A DNA stretch of 37,863 bases, from the IMG/VR virus record IMGVR_UViG_3300009117_000046, positions 1 through 37,863 of that record, one strand, 5' to 3'. This document shows, piece after piece, positions 36,521 to 37,863 of this stretch. Each line of letters starts with the position of its first letter. Position 1 is the stretch's first letter. A model generated the notes under the pieces. It searched no databases and was not told the DNA's origin. It saw nothing but the letters and a program-made list of their open reading frames with translations. The position numbers were made by a program, and so were the translations under genes. The stretch is from a virus (lineage: Duplodnaviria > Caudoviricetes).

Positions 36521-36832
36521 ATGTGGAGCAAGCTTAAAGCCTGGTGGGATGGATGGGTGCGGCAAAAGGAACATACCAAGGCAGTAATCAACTTCCTGAT
36601 GGCTAACGCTGTGATATGGGTTTATCTTTCTTATCTCCTGGCTTTCTTGGGACGGGAGGAGATCGCCGAGACGCTTTCCAAGACTGTGGTGGCGGAGATC
36701 ATCGGCGTTTTTATGGTGGCGGGCTGCAAGGCCTGCATCGAAAACCTCTCCAAGAACAATTCCTGGCCGGACAAAACGGGTAAGGATAACTCGTGTTTGG
36801 GGTCGGGGGTCAAGGATAAGGGGAATATTTGA
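36521..36832 (+). CDS. 2-TM holin-like membrane protein
   Basis: WVYLSYLLAFLGREEIAETLSKTVVAEIIGV, ENLSKNNSWPDK. Lysis-module position. Confidence 0.65.
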   Translation: MWSKLKAWWDGWVRQKEHTKAVINFLMANAVIWVYLSYLLAFLGREEIAETLSKTVVAEIIGVFMVAGCKACIENLSKNNSWPDKTGKDNSCLGSGVKDKGNI

Positions 36833-36981
36833 GTTAGCGGGGGAGAGGCGGGAAAGAGCCGGAAGGGCAATATGCTGACCGCATGTCAGGGAGGCTGCTA
36901 CGCTGTCTGCAGGACCTCGCGTAGTTAGGGAGAGTGGGAAATACGCTGTTCTTAAAAGGATGTTAAATACTGCTTCAACTC

Positions 36982-37146
36982 TTATGTTTCTTTCTCGACG
37001 GGATGTGTTTTTAGTGGTATTATAATAGCTGGCTTTTCGTTTTCAATATAAATCTCTTCGCATTCTATCTGAACCTTTTGCAGAATAGTTATCGCATCGG
37101 TAATCTTATTAAAAAGCTGAAAATACATCTTTTTGTAATCAGGCAA
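36982..37146 (-). CDS. Small helical protein (54 aa, not in the ORF track), divergent from the XRE gene
   Basis: RBS ggaggtg + TTG: MPDYKKMYFQLFNKITDAITILQKVQIECEEIYIENEKPAIIIPLKTHPVEKET*. Confidence 0.78.
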   Translation of the reverse strand: MPDYKKMYFQLFNKITDAITILQKVQIECEEIYIENEKPAIIIPLKTHPVEKET

Positions 37147-37167
37147 CTCTACACCTCCCAAATATTA

Positions 37168-37274
37168 TTAACCATATATAGTTAATAAATTAAAACGCAA
37201 ATAGAAAGTCAACCATAAATAGTTAATCTTTTTTACAAATTAAAGGTAAACTTAATTTAACTATTTATGGTTAG
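37168..37274. promoter_or_regulatory. Three 18-bp pseudo-palindromic operators (TTAACYATWWATRGTTAA) between divergent genes
   Basis: 37168-37185 ttaaccatatatagttaa, 37209-37226 tcaaccataaatagttaa, 37257-37274 ttaactatttatggttag. Confidence 0.78.
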
Positions 37275-37284
37275 GAGTGTTAGT

Positions 37285-37527
37285 ATGATTATTGGCAAAG
37301 CGGTAGCTCTCAGGATAGAAGAATTATGCCGCCAGAACGGAATAACTCTCAATAAACTTAGTACGATGTCCGGAGTGACACAATCAACCTTGAATAATAT
37401 TGTCAGTGGAACGAGTAAAAACCCAACCATATCCACAATTAAAAAAATCTGTGATGGGTTGGGAATTGGTATTATTGAGTTTTTTGACGTGGACGTTTTT
37501 TGTAATTTAGAGCAGGAAGTTAAGTAG
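37285..37527 (+). CDS. XRE-family HTH transcriptional regulator
   Basis: RIEELCRQNGITLNKLSTMSGVTQSTLNNIVSGTSKNPTISTIKKICDGLGI..EFFD. RBS aggag before ATG 37285. Confidence 0.92.
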   Translation: MIIGKAVALRIEELCRQNGITLNKLSTMSGVTQSTLNNIVSGTSKNPTISTIKKICDGLGIGIIEFFDVDVFCNLEQEVK

Positions 37528-37536
37528 GGGAAAATA

Positions 37537-37588
37537 CACACGCTCACAAAAGAAGCAGCCTTGCGGCTGCTTCTTTTGTGAGCGTGTG
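37537..37588. terminator. Perfect 24-bp-arm inverted repeat terminator
   Basis: cacacgctcacaaaagaagcagcc-ttgc-ggctgcttcttttgtgagcgtgtg. Confidence 0.85.
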
Positions 37589-37617
37589 GAGAGAGTATAT
37601 ATTAAGGAGGAAAAAGA

Positions 37618-37863
37618 ATGACAAGTACAAGTACAAAGTTTTCTTGGGACATTTTCGCCATAAAAATCACCAGCCGAAAATTATGGGTGGCTATAGCGGG
37701 GCTGGCGACAAGCATCATGGCTTATATGAATTGCGATTCGAACACTATAGTACAGGTTACGTCGATTATCGGGGCTATCGGGACGGTGGTCGGCTATCTG
37801 GTGGCGAATGGGCTGAGCGATAGTGGGGATGATGCTACAAGCAGAACAAGTGGTACAACTTAA
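37618..37863 (+). CDS. Holin (2 TM)
   Basis: KITSRKLWVAIAGLA..VQVTSIIGAIGTVVGYLVANGLSD. RBS aaggagg. Confidence 0.8.
   Translation: MTSTSTKFSWDIFAIKITSRKLWVAIAGLATSIMAYMNCDSNTIVQVTSIIGAIGTVVGYLVANGLSDSGDDATSRTSGTT

Larger units (their letters stand above)
1..37863. mobile_element. Prophage-derived region (siphovirus-like, A118/PBSX-terminase-type head-tail module), apparently replication-deficient
   Basis: Canonical order repressor-late activator-terS-terL-portal-scaffold-MCP-connectors-tail tube-TAC-TMP-tail tip-fibres-lysis. No att sites or integrase visible within the window. Confidence 0.93.

Noticed and set aside
1-37863. tRNA/rRNA genes, integrase and att sites
   Set aside because: None recognisable by eye in the window. 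The flanks are not available, so absence from the whole element is not established.

Overview
The window is a ~38 kb Bacillota (Clostridia-like) siphovirus-type prophage region, cut at the stop codons of a cI-like repressor (left) and a holin (right). Gene order: repressor, a short early region (lytic transglycosylase, DUF2800 nuclease), late activator, terS, terL, portal, scaffold, major capsid, head-tail genes, tail tube, chaperones, two tape-measure genes, tail tip, several fibre/RBP genes, GDPD and lysis genes. Many AT-rich accessory genes (morons) are inserted. Several signs point to a domesticated or replication-deficient element whose structural module is largely intact. (i) No cro, integrase, polymerase, primase or helicase is visible in the window. 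(ii) The repressor lacks the Ala-Gly cleavage site and has Arg in place of the catalytic Lys of its S24 domain. (iii) The minor-capsid (MuF-like)-toxin gene survives only as three fragments. (iv) GC-rich repeat-like inserts sit between structural genes. The most striking structure is a tandem pair of cassettes: [3 repressor-type operators, sigmaA promoter, moron(s), terminator, variable tape-measure N-terminus, shared ~200 bp segment]. The 18-bp operator AATTAGGAnnTCCTAATT in these cassettes is the same motif that sits in the spacer of the early promoter about 18-21 kb away. All product calls come from reading motifs and synteny by eye; no database searches were run.
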